DNA of 63,492 bases, filler included, from Phoronis australis (GCA_002633005.1; 8 parts of 8 records of this genome joined end to end with filler, not necessarily neighbours in it), one strand, 5' to 3'; positions 47,988 through 61,967 are shown, counted from the first letter of the whole stretch. Made by a program: numbers and translations. The notes: generated by a model from the sequence alone, not told the origin.

Positions 47988-50900
47988 TATTTGGCACTTG
48001 CACTATACAGAGTTGTAGAATGCAATTTTAATGAAAACAAAGCTAATAAAATCACATTAAGTGTATGTAAGGGTTGTGGGTAAACTATTTTAGTGTTTTT
48101 GATAGATNNNNNNNNNNNNNNNNNNNNNNNNNNNNNNNNNNNNNNNNNNNNTTAATTAATTAANNNNNNNNNNNNNNNNNNNNNNNNNNNNNNNNNNNNN
48201 NNNNNNNATATCACTAAAATAGGTATTTATTTAGCGCAACTGACAAAGACAACACCAAAATCCAATATGGCGACCTCCGTAGAGCATACGTCGTGACGTC
48301 ACCAATCCATGTAATGTAGGTCAACTGCACATTTATGGGTCAACTTGCTTGCCGTTCATTTTTCATAGCAGGAACCAATGAGATAAGTACGGATATGTAT
48401 ATGTAGCTAATTGATGGGAACTATCAATGAGCTCAGTTTATGTCATTGGGAAATATAGTGTAACAATCTTTGGGCTTTATCTCATCACGTTAATCTAGGG
48501 CCGCGTTAATTCACTTTGTAGAAGTGCGTAAGGTGTCGCTGGCCTATGTTTCTAGCAGAGACCCCAGCCGTCAAGTCTACTTTCAGTAGTTAGCAATCAT
48601 GCCCGCCGGGGTTTTAAATTTTTGCTTTTTCTAACCGGACTGAGGTTGCGATATGTTTCATGAATTCGAAATCCTCTAATTCAACGCTACTGAAAAAATT
48701 ATGGTCAATACTTTGCTCTTTTCAAAGGGTTGGCATACACACTGACAGAACGTGAATTCTGAGTAGGCCTACTACCCTGTTCAGTTGGCCCTATTATCAG
48801 GACTTCAGGTTTGACATTTAGTCAGTCATTCTCACAGGCAATACAAACAAGCGGTAAAATTAAACTGCGATCATAGACTATAGTACATCTGTTGTCTATA
48901 ATCTATGCTGCGATATATACGAACAATATGTTTTATCTGCATGCTTTCCCAATCACGGCATCCACCATGCGGTCACCTGTGCGATTTTATTTACATCCAT
49001 CTGTTCGGCAGTCTGTATCATACCCTTGACAAAGAGCGCATTGCTCGAAACGTGGGAAATTTTTAATGTATTTTAGTACAGAGGCTCGTCGCACTATTTT
49101 ATGTTCATATGCGTCGGTAACTACACGGCATTCCAACAACTTTTGTAAATAATCGCGGCGCTTTTTCAACATTTATTTGTTTGCACGTCTTACATTTTCA
49201 CTATTTTTTAAATCTTGCTGCTGATCGCCATAAAAAGCGTCTTTTTGAACTTAAAAATGAATCAATTGCTCCAGAACAACTGTGCATACGTTTTATCAGA
49301 CTTTTTCAAAGTGTTTATAATAAGTCCGCTAACTCCGTCTAAAGCACAATGGCAAAAATTACGACATTAGCGATGCTGGTGATAACGATGATCATGAAGA
49401 TGGAACGATTGAAGATGGATACATACTTTTTGAAACAAGAAGTGTTGCGAGCCGCGTTCGCTGTAGTGACTCAAGGCTTCGAAGTTCGTGTGAACTCTCC
49501 CCTCAGCATCCAACACCAGCAACCACCATACATGTAGCGTCACCTGACCACGTACGTCATTTGTGTTTCGTGGTTCACAATACCAACCATTTCCCTTCAC
49601 TGCAGATCAAATAGTTCCTGTTCAACCAAGGATTGTTCAGAAATACTCACGAGCGTCCCACCATTCCTTAAAGATATAATATTTGCATGCTCCAAACTAT
49701 GCTAAAGCATAGCAGGAACGAAACTTCAATGCTATTTGAACATCATATACGCTTAACAAAGTGCACTGTTGTGGTATTCATCAACAACTTGTCAGGCTCG
49801 TAGGAAGGCGAAAATTATTGGGGGGCACAAACCATTTCGACTTCGCAAAACTACCTCCCCCCCATCGCCACCAACTCNNNNNNNNNCCCCCCCCCCCCTC
49901 CGTGTTCCCGAGATGCCACCATATTTGTACCGAATCTCCCACGTCCGCCCAAGGTGGGAGACAATCCCGGGGATGCAGCCATCAAGAGTTGAGTTATCGT
50001 GAACCACCAAGGAGAGTAAAAATAGGACCAATAAACTAACCGGTAACGAAGAGCTGCCTCAAGTAGTTATAGCTGAGACCTAACCGTGTAAAAATACGAA
50101 ATTCCCGATGAACTAAAGCTAGTTGCTGGTCAGCTTAGCTACGATTCACTTGAGGTAGGCAGCTCGTGTCGGCCCTCCGTACTGTCTCTAAGGTCAAGAA
50201 TCGTTTTATTGTGACCCGGCATAAGGAAAACTATATTTTATTATGGTCATTCTTTGAAAGAGTTTTTTGAAAAGGTGAGGTACCGAGGTCCATGGTACAG
50301 TGCCTTTGGGGCTGTTTTAAAATCTGTCGTTGAAACACGACCGGCACTGCAGTTTCTGGTGGGTGGGGAAAATGATACAGAGTGTTTCCCAAAAATGTAC
50401 ACACTTCAACGCCTTAAGTTCATTTACTATGGATCATTGAGATTCTGCGCGGACCTACTGCATGGTTATATTTTATTTTCAACGTGGGTTCGTCAGTCTT
50501 GATGTGCACGGGAATCAGGCAAGCAAAAAATTCAGTTTTGAAGAATAAAAATCCATTGCTCAATACTACGAGAAAAAAAAACACCAAGCAAGTACGAAGA
50601 CATCCTTTCCACGCAATGAGTTTATTTTTTTATTTAAGGACTGTTAGAACTTTTTTCGATCTACGGTTTGTGAGTCCGAATTTCATAAATGTCTTTAAAT
50701 TTATTAGGCAAAAATCTTCTAAGTGTACTTTACTGTTTGAGGATCGTATTACAGAGTTTTTCCAACTTCAGGATGCAATTAAATTCACTGAATTATCAGT
50801 ATTTCTTAGATTAGTTTCTAGTTGTCAAAACTCATCTATGAATCTATCGATTTTCGTAGATACATAAACAAGTAAAATAGAAACCAACGAAGTTGTTTGT

Positions 50901-52206
50901 CAAAATGTTATAAACAATTTCCGCAGAGATGCTCGAAGATTTTTTTATGGGTAACCGGGGGAACATGGGAGATGGGGCATTCGTATTAAGGTGTATTTTT
51001 GCTCATTTCACAGGTACATATGCCTATAACGGTTCCTGAGGTAAATTTGAACTCCATTGACAAAGAACGGTGAAATCGTTGTTTAAGATTGCGAGAGTTC
51101 TTTGAGTACCCCCTTTCGAAATGTACGCGGTCATCAGAAATAGTAGCATAGACAGCAGTTTCCACATGTGCCGGAAATGCCTTACAAACAAATCATAGTA
51201 ACCATGCACGCAACCAGGGGGCTCGTTTGGCGAAGTGGGCAAAAAGGTCTGCCTCAGAGAAAAACGAGACTTAAGTCCACTAAAAAGGCAAAAAGGCAGG
51301 AATTTGACGGGAATGCTCAATTCATAGCTCAGATCGTAGTACCCCGTTTTTTTTCTTGGTCCCCGTTTTTTTTTTTGTAAAAGGTCCACATTCTCAAAAA
51401 TTCGAGACCCCGATACTTTAGGCTGGGAGCGCCGATGGTAACCATCTTCAAAAGAGATACTATTCTTGTGATACTATGGGAAACAGTAACATTATTCTAT
51501 AACTAATCATCGGAAATAGTCACAAATAGTGGTCTTCACATTCTTCAAAATTGCACCCTTTCAATTGCGGTCAATTCTATTGTATTTTGTTCACATTTTT
51601 TGGTTGTTTGGGTGGAATGTCTTGATACTGCTGTGTCAGGCACGAATGTTTTGTATTTTTTGATGAATTTGGAATCTCCAGTTCCCTCGTGAATACTTGG
51701 CAGTGTCGGATTTACATGTATAGACGGACAAGGGACATTTCCCTCGAACTGCTTCACCGAGAGAGGGTCCCATCTGAAATTGGACACCTCAAGTTGAAAG
51801 GCTACACATCATTGAACTTGAATGTTGTGTTTCTAACTAATTTGACCAAGCAATCACAACGAAAAGGAACTATAAGCGTGCAAGTTCCACTTTAAGGATT
51901 TTTCAATAAGTATCATGGTACAGTTGAACAGATTTATTTTTTTGTTATAAACCATACTTCGTTTAAATACTTGAAATATTTTCCAATCCTAGGAGCATGA
52001 TTTTTGTTTTACATTGGTAGTCTATTAGTTTGTAATTATTTCAGAACACAATTCAATTAACTAATTAATGACGTTTTTAATGTATGAGCCTCGTCTCTGA
52101 ATCACANNNNNNNNNNNNNNNNNNNNNNNNNNNNNNNNNNNNNNNNNNNNTTAATTAATTAANNNNNNNNNNNNNNNNNNNNNNNNNNNNNNNNNNNNNN
52201 NNNNNN

Positions 52207-52496
52207 TGAACTTGCTGAAAATCGTTCAGAGGCAGCAGGAGCAACAACAGCAACCTCTATGAAAACCACCAACGATGCAGAAAAAACAAAATCAAAGCCT
52301 GCTAAGACCAAGTTGAGAGCCACGTTTGCAGTACCATTGGAGCTAACTGAAGGTGAGATGTTTGGCGATGATGGAGTGCATGGCGACAGTGCTGTGGCTG
52401 AAGCCTCTGTGATAATACAGCGTAAGACGTCTCGGTCAAAGAGTCGTGGTACGCAAAAACCAGCCCACACACTGGACAAAGAGATGGAATTGTTGG
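52207..52496 (+). CDS. SGO1: Shugoshin, internal exon (5' end in gap)
   Basis: Open frame from the gap (ELAENRSEAAG...RATFAV...DKEMELL) to a G|GTAAG donor; phase fits the next exon. Assigned by splice chain to the SGO motif. Confidence 0.65.
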
Positions 52497-52589
52497 GTAA
52501 GATGGCTGATTTAAAATAAAATAATAACAGGCGGTCTGGTACACATTGTACCAAACATGCGCACGCCACGCATGTGGGCCCATTGCACT

Positions 52590-52749
52590 GATCACCTGGA
52601 ACTAAAATTTGTGCTTTATTAATATATAGTTAAAACCGAGCTGAGGAGCTGTAAACCTGACTTAAGGGTCTGGCAGTGTGACCCAGTGGGACTCGAACCC
52701 ACGACCTCGAGTAAAGAAGACGGGCACCATCACGCTAGGCCACACTGCC
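52590..52749 (-). mobile_element. tRNA-derived SINE
   Basis: Minus strand GGCAGTGTGGCCTAGCGTG (A box) ... GGTTCGAGTCCC (B box), then a non-tRNA body shared with the copy at 608-703. Confidence 0.7.
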
Positions 52750-53519
52750 TCCTCAAGATGGCTGATGGGAATTGAGAGAAAATATTTTGATGCTTGCGGC
52801 AGAATTTCTGTTTTAACTTTGAGTTAACGTTTGCTTTTTAAGTTTCTGAGTCTTGCGTTGTATCAGTGAAACAATATCCTTCTGCTACAGGATCCCTGAC
52901 TTGTAGATTACATGAATTTTGACATTATTTTTGTGGTAAAAAGTATTTTTGTGTAACCACGCAAACCTGGCATGTTTGAAACACATCTCAACAGTGTGGA
53001 CGTGGTAAACATTGATATTTTACTTACAAAGTTCTGGTTGTTTGTAACATGGCCTTTTATTGGTTGCATGTTATTTACTGCATTCCCAGCCAGTTTATGT
53101 GTCTTAGAGTTTTGTTTGCTAGTTTCTCATTTGAAAGGTTACAATTTCCGTTTCATAAAACGTATTGCCGAATATAAGGCAATGGTCCCCAAAAATGCAT
53201 TATTTTGCCTATATGTACCTGACTTAAATTTACGTGACGTGTTGTTTTGTTTTCTTTTATTATTGATTGAATATTCTCATGGAATGATGTTAGTCAACTA
53301 TTCTTTGATAATTATTATACTAACCATTATGATCACGGCTTACCTATGGACTTCTGTTGTCCTGTCCAGTGCTCATCCAGGGACTCACTCATGCTCACTA
53401 TACCTCTGAACTGTGTGCTTCACATAAGATTTAATATAATAATTATTGAACTTTAGTTTGTTGCGGAGTGTTCATGATATTTGTGTCACTTCTTCATGGT
53501 GGTGACTTGCTCATTTTAG

Positions 53520-53680
53520 CTGACAACCTTCCCTTCTGTAATGAGCGACGGGGGCAGGTATGTGTTGGTAAGCGTGTCAAAGTGACAAAAAAGGTGGACA
53601 CTGAGGATGACCTTGAGAAGATGTTTGAGTCGGACGTCAGTTTGCTGGAGGAGTACGCCAAGCCACCGGAACTCAGAAAG
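53520..53680 (+). CDS. SGO1: Shugoshin exon
   Basis: 161 nt, tttag/gtaaag bounded. DNLPFCNERRGQVCVGKRVKVTKKVDTEDDLEKMFESDVSLLEEYAKPPELRK. Confidence 0.7.
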
Positions 53681-54114
53681 GTAAAGGCTAATAGATAGTT
53701 TTGAGCTAGGCTCTGTCTTTAAGGCCAAATAGCATCGTTGATTCTGGGGTTTATTTTTTTCAAAATCAAGTCGGTTGTACCTTAATTGTTCGCTTTCTTA
53801 GAAAAGCAAATCCATCTGAGATGAGCAAAAATTATGCAGGATTTTTTTACCTGAAACTGCTTCGACCACCCAACATACTACTGAATTTGACTGTTTGACT
53901 CTGACAATAGATAATATATTATTAATTACTCATTCTGGAATCTAAAACATTGCTTAGTTATAATAACAATTACAGATCAACCACGATAAAGCTGTTGGCA
54001 AAGTTGGAATGTGTTTCAATTCTAACTGCCTGTTTATAGTAATCAAAATATTAAAAAGGATTGTTAACCTGACTCATGGTCTGAAACATTGATGTGTGTG
54101 TTGTATATTTTCAG

Positions 54115-54176
54115 ACAAATTCTTCCACTGGTACTGCAGACGCAGGCAAAGATGACAAAAAGCTTTCGGTTTCTAG
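54115..54176 (+). CDS. SGO1: Shugoshin exon
   Basis: 62 nt, tttcag/gtaac bounded. TNSSTGTADAGKDDKKLSVS; bridges phase 0 to phase 2. Confidence 0.7.
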
Positions 54177-54493
54177 GTAACTACCATTGTCTATTCTAGT
54201 GACACCATGGGAACTTCTTCAATTTAATGTCCAATGACTTATCTGCGTTCAGTCACATGAGCTCTGCCTGACCAATCATGAACAAGAACAGCTCTGTCTA
54301 ATGTCACCCTTCCGTTCTCATGAACACCAATGTGTCAAAAAGATTTGCAGTGTCCGATCCATTTTGGTAACCTTACATTCTCATTAAAGTTTCTAAACAC
54401 CTGTTACCCTTCCTTGTCCTTCATCAGAAAATCACTATTGCATGTTTTATCTTCTGTTTTCTTGTTTGCAATTGGACTCTCTATTCATTTCAG

Positions 54494-54586
54494 TGTCCAA
54501 TCTGACACAGGAAGTTCAGACGACAGCGGCCGGCGTTCCAGACGTGCTGGCAAGGCTGTCAGCTATGCAGAGCCCAGACTCGGAAG
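54494..54586 (+). CDS. SGO1: Shugoshin exon, first part of SGO motif
   Basis: 93 nt. VQSDTGSSDDSGRRSRRAGKAVSYAEPRLG(S). Confidence 0.85.
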
Positions 54587-54615
54587 GTGGGTAACTTCGA
54601 CTGTTCACTAATTAC

Positions 54616-55235
54616 TTTTATTAGACCGCACCTGTATTTGTGGACACGTTATGCCGTCATCCCTGTCAGTTCGCCGGTCTGTTTGGTGGCGGCATCCAGC
54701 GTCTGCAAAAGCACTCTAAGAATCCTTATCAAAACTGGCACATGTGTCTTTACTGGGAAGAGTATGATTAACGAGTTTTTAACACGTTCAACTGCTGTGG
54801 CACCAATAGAGCCAATTTTGTTTTTGTTTTTAGCTCAATATCTACTAAGTTCCTCAATGAATCTTCATAAAAATTGAGAGTGCAACTGGCGTCAATTTTG
54901 GCACAAATCCGACTACTATGGAATCTCCTAGTGGCAATTAGGTGTTCTTTGCATTTCTTGATATCTACCAAGTTCTCAGACGGATGTTGATGCAATTTGG
55001 CAAATAGTTTTTTATCACGACGACGACTGTACCTGTCCTGTTTCATACTGATTTGACCTACACTGCACCCCCTAGTGGTCTTTTTGCTCCAGTTCTTCAT
55101 CGTTCATGTCCCTATCCGTCAAACTCTGTGACGAATCCTGATGAAAGGTGGCGGATGTTTTCCAATTGAAGAGAACATTTCTGACTTGTTTTGCACCCTC
55201 TAGAATTTACCTAGTAGTATTCCCTCTAGTGCGTC
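54616..55235. mobile_element. HINE-family copy in opposite orientation
   Basis: TTTTATTAGACCGCAC..GTGGACACGTTATGCCGTCATC is the reverse complement of the family terminus; CCTAGTGG unit motifs. Confidence 0.6.
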
Positions 55236-55434
55236 AATGTTTAAAATAGTCATCATACCTTGCAACTGTGCTGTATGGGATGCACACAGTGGGCGCACAT
55301 CAAGGCTACGTGTAACTCTTGCTTATAAAGTAGTATTTCTTTGGGAGAATAAGTTACCTGAAGCAGTTTTTAAAAAGTCTGAGTCACTGTCGAATGGATA
55401 TGGTTACATTGTTTTCTCTGCTCATTTGTTGTAG

Positions 55435-55514
55435 TAAACTGCGGCAAGGAGATCCTGGCACCAGCACTATCTATGAGGGGAAGGAGAAACCAGTATTCAC
55501 ACTCAAGTCAACAG
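55435..55514 (+). CDS. SGO1: Shugoshin exon completing the SGO motif
   Basis: 80 nt. (S)KLRQGDPGTSTIYEGKEKPVFTLKST. The spliced motif VSYAEPRLGSKLRQGDP matches the Shugoshin C-terminal consensus (human SGO1 VNYKEPTLASKLRRGDP). Confidence 0.85.
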
Positions 55515-55666
55515 GTATGTTAAATAGCCCGTCTCATATAGATCGTTTAAAAAGGACGTACTATTGNNNNNNNNNNNNNNNNNNNNNNNNNNNNNNNNNN
55601 NNNNNNNNNNTTAATTAATTAANNNNNNNNNNNNNNNNNNNNNNNNNNNNNNNNNNNNNNNNNNNN

Positions 55667-55799
55667 GGCGGTTAATTGGAAATCTTCAAAAATAGCAGGG
55701 GGGCGGTTAACCGAGCAGTGGGCGGTTAAATCGAAATTCACCTAAAGTAGGGGGTGGGCGGTTAACTGAGCATGGGCGTTAACCCGAACGATTACGGTA
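55667..55799. mobile_element. Right end of a Tc1/pogo-like MITE
   Basis: Repeated GGGCGGTTAA subterminal motifs, ending TACGG followed by TA. A related degraded sequence lies at ~30110-30265. Confidence 0.55.
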
Positions 55800-56175
55800 T
55801 ATAAAACATAGCATACATCTCACCTGTCTCTAGTTCAAACTCTTAATTAGCAATTGATGTCAGCGATATCATTATTACTGGTAGGCAGAACATACGGCAT
55901 CCAATGCACTCGCTAACCTTAGAATAAACTTTTGCGCAAACAAGAAAGAGTGCCGGATTAGACTAAAAGAATGGCAACTAGCCAGCGTGAACGCTAAAGT
56001 CATGTGAACCAATAATGGTGGACTGAGAATGCGTAATGGGAACTGCATTTGGAATGCCATCGCCACTGAAGCATTAATTCAGATGTTGGAGATGTTCCTT
56101 GCAAAAGGTGCCCAACATGATCTTACCGAAAACAGCACAAGAGAATCAATGCTACTTGACTAACACAATACTTAC

Positions 56176-56271
56176 ATAGTTGAGTTTCTGGACAGCATTG
56201 GCTTTGACTGCAATGTTGTCCTGTCGCAGCTCATGTTTAATCTCATCCAGACACTCAGCGATATATTTGGC
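56176..56271 (-). CDS. AP3D1: AP-3 complex subunit delta, early coding exon
   Basis: 96 nt, ctcag/gtaagt bounded. AKYIAECLDEIKHELRQDNIAVKANAVQKLNY versus recalled human AKYISQCIDEIKQELKQDNIAVKANAVCKLTY. Absent from the ORF track. Confidence 0.92.
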
Positions 56272-57369
56272 CTGAGGAAGAAACAGATCATTGTACAAAT
56301 CAAACTACCACTTTCAGCAAGTCAGTATTACACTTTTAAATACTGATCAAAATAACGATTATACTCAAAATAATAATTCTAGCAAAAAATAAATTCAATA
56401 TTTATACTACCCGCTGTTTCATTAACAGATCGTTCCCGAAGACTGATAACAGGTATGTAGCGCATGCTTCCGGGCAATGTGCAAAACTAAATACCGACAT
56501 AATAGCGAGGCTAGTGGTCTAGAAATTCTGCGCACAATTTCTTCAGGATCGCTGGATCTTCTTGATAAATTGAAGATGTTACTGTAGAATTTTAGGACTG
56601 TAGGTAATTCATTTTTGCCTGTACACGTTCGTGGGCTGGTGGGGTTTATTTGAGTGAAGTCTGAAAATGTGTAGAGGAACCTCATAATGGCATGGGGCAA
56701 ATGTGGTATGTGTTCGAGCATTGAATAATAGACACTTCATCTTAAGTTTGCACAAAAGCAGAATAGAAAGTGTCAAACATAATTTTGAGTTCCATTCGAG
56801 TACAAAGATTTGACCCAGGGCCCTCATCTCATTGGGCTCTGAGGCCCAATGGTTGTGAGTTATCAATGGTATTCCAGAGCTGCACAATGTCAAAAGCTAA
56901 AGGAATAGGTAATAACATCAGTTTCAATGCCATGTTATGAACCCTACTGGAACACAGGTGTCAAATGTCAACAGTAAGTAACCATGACAACAGGGCCAAT
57001 TCAGATCAATAGTCCAAGTTTGAGATTTAAGATTGATCAATCCCTGTGGCACCTGTACTTACAAAAAAAATACCCATGTTCAAATCATTGTACCAACTGA
57101 AATTATCAAATTTTAATGCACATATAATTATATACACAGTGTAATGAAATGATAATTTTTACGTCTTGCAGGCTCCAATTTACGTAAACAACTAAAATTG
57201 ATTCACTCATTTAGCACACAATATGGTTGACAAATGAAATACTATCAAGTCAAATTTATGTACAAAGAGAGATTACGAAAATTTTAGTCAAGTTAGTATG
57301 GTCTCTACTGCGTAGATGTCAAGAATCAATTTTTGGTACAATTTTATTATTTAATGTCATGATTCTTTT

Positions 57370-58152
57370 GACGATATGGAGGCAGGTGTCACAAGGCCAC
57401 TTGGGGGACAATGTAGGTTAAATCCATCTGAAACGGGGCTTTTGCTGTCGCCTAGGTGATACTTAAGTTAAATTAGCCAAATTTCGTAAACATCCATCAA
57501 GGAACATGACAGATATCAAGACATAGGTAAAAAAAAACAGAATTGTCCACTAGGGGACTCTGTTGAGTTGGATAAGATCCAAAATCCCCATCAGTTGTGT
57601 TCTCCTCAACAAAAACACATGCAAATTTCATGAAGATTCATTAGGATACGTGTAGCAGTTGGACCTCTCTAAATATTATCGTAACTCAAGCACTTCCCAG
57701 AGAAAACACATACAAATTATCATAATCATTATTAACGTGATTCGACCGTTAAGCATGGCAGATGCCAAAACCAGACTCTCAGGCTGGGAGCCATTTTTAT
57801 TTTTTGCGAGTCTGGGAGTCCCAGGTGATATTTAAACTAGGTCAAGACCACCCGAAAATGGGAAGGTGCCATCTCTTTATCAGAGAACCATTTGCCAAAT
57901 TTCATGAAAATCTGTCAATGAACTCCAAAATTACAGAAGAAAGCGTAAACTGCAATTGTCAATGCTAGTAGTGACAGACAGCACTGGTTGTCAGATCACA
58001 TGTGCCGCCCCATCCCTGATAACAACCAAATGCCATGATCATCAATTCAGGGGTTCTGGAAATAGAACACCCCATTGGATGCTGGTCTGGACTCAATGCT
58101 GGTTGGATGGGGATGACAGCATAATGCGCCCACCCAGGTGGGCACATAAAAA
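57370..58152. mobile_element. Diverged HINE-family copy
   Basis: CCACTAGGGGAC and CCAAATTTCATGAAAATC units; end GATGACAGCATAATGCGCCCACC-CA-GGTGGGCACATAAAA. Confidence 0.6.
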
Positions 58153-59960
58153 TGTTCTCAATCTGTAAAACACCAGCTGGGCCAGTGTCACTGGACTGTA
58201 TGACACTGTCAGCTATGCTGTAAAGATAATTCTTGGAGTTTAGTTAATGGAATAAATGACCAATAGGAAAACCTTAACCAGATTGCCATCTATTGAGGAA
58301 GACTACACAGTGTTCAAGTCTGCAGCAGTCATTAGCTAAAACATAGGCTGTTACTCAAGAGATATAGAATTATCACTTGAGATAATCAACTCCAGATGTA
58401 GGCTGACCTTCATAACATACACTGTGCAGGTTCTAATAGGGGCTATTTCAGATATGTCCATTTTTTTCTGAAGTGACTTTGCAGCCACAAAAAGGCCTAG
58501 CTGTATCTTTTCAAAAAAGGGTAACTTCTTTCAGCTACACTGCTTACAACAGCGCTCTCATTCAGCGGTGAGCTTCAAAGGTACTGTAAAAAAGATTGCG
58601 TAATTGCACTCAACAATCATGGCATCCAGGGACCATGATTCATTTCTGCTGAATCCAGCTTTGGCCAGTCAGCTTCCACTTACATTCATCAATCGCTGAC
58701 AATTTATTGAAACATTTCAGCGGCCCTTTTAAGGGCCAATATTGAAAAAAATGACGCCATTTTGCCACATTCCCCATACTAGTACACTTACACTGTGCCA
58801 GAAAATGAAACACGATCCTGAACCACCCTATGCAGGTGTCGTTTCGGTCCTTGTTTTCGGAAGAGCACATACATTGCCTTTATGTTGGACTATTTGGAAA
58901 AAATGTTGACTTCAAATAGTTGTTTGAGCTGAGAAGATTTAATGATACCCAACTGCCACCAAAGAAGTCCCATCTTCATTCAAAAAGGTACACATATTAT
59001 CTAACATGTTTGCCTTTAGAAAAATAGAATAATAGTACACACCGAAAATTGGCAGAAAAAATTAATAATAGTATACAATGTAGTAATGCTATAAACTACA
59101 AATTTTATAAATTTAGCAATGGTTCCAGTTATAATGCACTGCAGAAGACCCCAACAAACGGTTAAACCATTTGTGGTTAGTAAAGAATATTTATTTGGTA
59201 ATCCGATTTAAGTTTTGAAACATACGTATAGTTGCATAATTCAACGAATAAAAATTTTCAATTGCGGCGCTGTGTTCACCCTTCATCCAACATTAGCAGC
59301 TGGGTATCCACTGGCATGAGCTAACTCCAGTTAAAACCAAAGAAATTCAGACTAGTTCACATTGTTGGTCATAACTTCTAAGGGCTGTTCCAGCAAAATC
59401 TGTATGGGAGGTGGGGGAAGGCACTTTTATTTCGTACCCACGGCCCGTATTTTCCGTTTTTTTCTCCAACCCATGACCCATAATTTTTTAATTATTTTTA
59501 ATAGGTTAAAATATAAAATCCAACACTTGCAAACAAATTGCCTCCAGGAGGACCTGTTAAGAACTTAGATGACTGACAGACAAGAACTAGTTGTCTTGTC
59601 CAATATTGTCAAAAACTAAAGTAGCCTGTGAGCAATACTTTTGGCAGCCACCAGGTGTCTCTGTTCACCATGTGTCTATAATTTCAATGAACATTTTTTC
59701 ATTTATAAGGATCTATGAATCTCAAACTGTCTCCACNNNNNNNNNNNNNNNNNNNNNNNNNNNNNNNNNNNNNNNNNNNNTTAATTAATTAANNNNNNNN
59801 NNNNNNNNNNNNNNNNNNNNNNNNNNNNNNNNNNNNAATTCACTTGCCCCAAGTACAATCCCAAATAGTACCGTGCATGTGCACACCTAGGTAATGTGTT
59901 ACCGTAGGGCTGCCTGTGCTGAGCCTGTCTTGTGTCGTGCATGCTATATACATGAACTGC

Positions 59961-60224
59961 CAGTGGCGGATTTAGGGGGGCCAAGGGGGCCATGGCTCCC
60001 CCTGAAATTCTACCAGATACCATTTGGGAGTTCGGGTGCACGCAAGCAGGGGCTCATCAGGGGTGATATACAACACATAGGCCCTGAACAAACTGAACAA
60101 ACCCCGTTTACCTTTTTTTTTTAGTCAACAGGTCCTCATTCGAGGCCTCTGCGTCCCCACAATTTAGCCTGGGCGTGCACATCTGCCGAAATTCTGGTTA
60201 TTCCGTGCCCTGGATCCGCCCCTG
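59961..60224. mobile_element. MITE with CAG(T/G)GGCGGAT TIRs
   Basis: CAGTGGCGGATTTAGGG ... CCCTGGATCCGCCCCTG; no TSD recognised. Confidence 0.6.
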
Positions 60225-61050
60225 GTTGCTATTTTTTAACGATTCTTCTTATAGAAAAATTATAAGATGCGTCAAAACATTAAAGAGACAAATTAGAAGA
60301 GTAACTATGGTATCTGAACCATTGTCTCACGTTCACAGGCGCCGAAATGAGCTAGGACATGAACTCTAGACTCAGTGTATTCATTAGTTTATACGCCCTC
60401 ATGCATTAAACTTTGCTTAACCTGAATTTGAATTTTTGCTATCCGTAAAAATCTTGCAGTTTTGGTCATCGGTACCTTGTATTAAATTAAAATCAAATTT
60501 TAACAAATAATAATGCCCCATATACTTTTATTTATATAATAATTACATTTTTGAAAAATAGATGCGTAGGCCGCGAAAAAGTGACCGTTCAGAGCGACAA
60601 TCCTGAAGACCGTATTCCTCTTCTTTCGGGAGTCGCCAGCGGGAGCCGAGAATTCATAAGAATTTCCTTTGGAATTCCCCCTGAATAAATACCAGGCCTT
60701 TAAAACTGCTGTGTAGTGTAGAAAATATGTGGTCAATCATTCACTTTTTAGCTTTTGCGCTTATCTGTATGACTTACATCCGCCGACGAACGCGGGGCTT
60801 CCAGCTCGGTACATGGGTAAACGCCGGCAAAAATCACACGTCATCCCTTGTTCACTGTCTCGAAGGCCAGGAAACCTAACTTTCCATGACGGAAACCGTC
60901 CCCGCACTCTTTTTATTTCATATTGTTGCTTTGATTCTTCCTGAACTCGTTTTTAGCATCTGGACGGCTTCCTTGTTTGGACGTTTTGCCAGAGTGCAGA
61001 CGATCAGTAGTATCACGTGACAACTTATTCAGAAACTGCAGGGCACGTTC

Positions 61051-61447
61051 AGAGAATCGAAAGGATTTGACCGCGGGTGTCATTTTTGCATGCTGCGTCA
61101 CACTCGTTCTATTTTCCTTTCGGTGCTTATTCGAAGACAGGAGTTTCTTTGACAGCCAAGCGGGCTTTTTCGATGGGTTTTAGGCTTGTGTCGGGGTTCG
61201 TTACTTCGGAGCAAATGTCAAGCAGACAATCTTAGGATCTGCTTGCCAAAAGAGAATCGAAAGGATTTGACCGCGAGCGTCATCTGTGCACGCTGCATCA
61301 CACTCGTTCTATTTTCCTTTCGGTGCTTATTCGAAGACGGGAGTTTCTTTGACGACCACAGGGGCTTTTTCGACGGTTTTTAGGCTTGTGTTGGGGTTCG
61401 TTACTTTGGAGCAAATGTCGAACAGACATTCTTAGGATCTACTTGCC
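61051..61447. repeat. 200-bp direct tandem duplication
   Basis: AGAGAATCGAAAGGATTTGACCGCG at 61051 and 61251, colinear through CTTAGGATCT.CTTGCC. Confidence 0.9.
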
Positions 61448-61463
61448 TATGTGGCTAGCTTTT

Positions 61464-61561
61464 TAACTTGCCCATCGGGCAAGTACTTGTCAAATTCCAC
61501 TTGCCCGACGCAAAATCTACATGTACACGGGCAATCGGGCAACCGTTAGTGTTGAGCCCTG
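61464..61561. mobile_element. Right end of a hAT-like element
   Basis: CTTGCCC/GGGCAA subterminal motifs ending GTGTTGAGCCCTG; left end not seen. Confidence 0.45.
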
Positions 61562-61967
61562 ACTGTGCTGTTTGGAGTGGTCATTTCACATCATATTCTA
61601 ATACAAAATGACTTTGAATAGTCAGTTAATAATTGGACCATTCTCACTGCATACAACAGTTATTGTGGTGACTGTCATTGTTTGTTTCTGAATAAGGTAA
61701 TCACTGTTGAATATGTGTGTTAGTTCTGGTTATATTTTGCTGGTGCTGAAACAGTGTATTGTATGGCTTAGTCAATGCTGAAATTTCTGTCTGATTTTGT
61801 CTCATAAGGTGAATATGGATTAACATTATTCTGGTCAGACTTTCAAGTGTGCAGACTTGCTTTTGTCACGGCAAACAGTTCTTTATCACCATTTCACAAA
61901 CTAGGTTGATAGAGCATAATGCTGTTACTTTTGTTCTAACAAATTCAACACACCATTTTTGTTACAG

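Noticed and set aside
49333-49614. ATG-less acidic open frame (NYDISDAGDNDDHEDG...)
   Set aside because: No splice signals or family motif found; could be a transposon remnant, but unsupported.
52972-53409. 145-aa hydrophobic ORF
   Set aside because: T-rich intronic sequence between phase-compatible shugoshin exons; a composition artefact.
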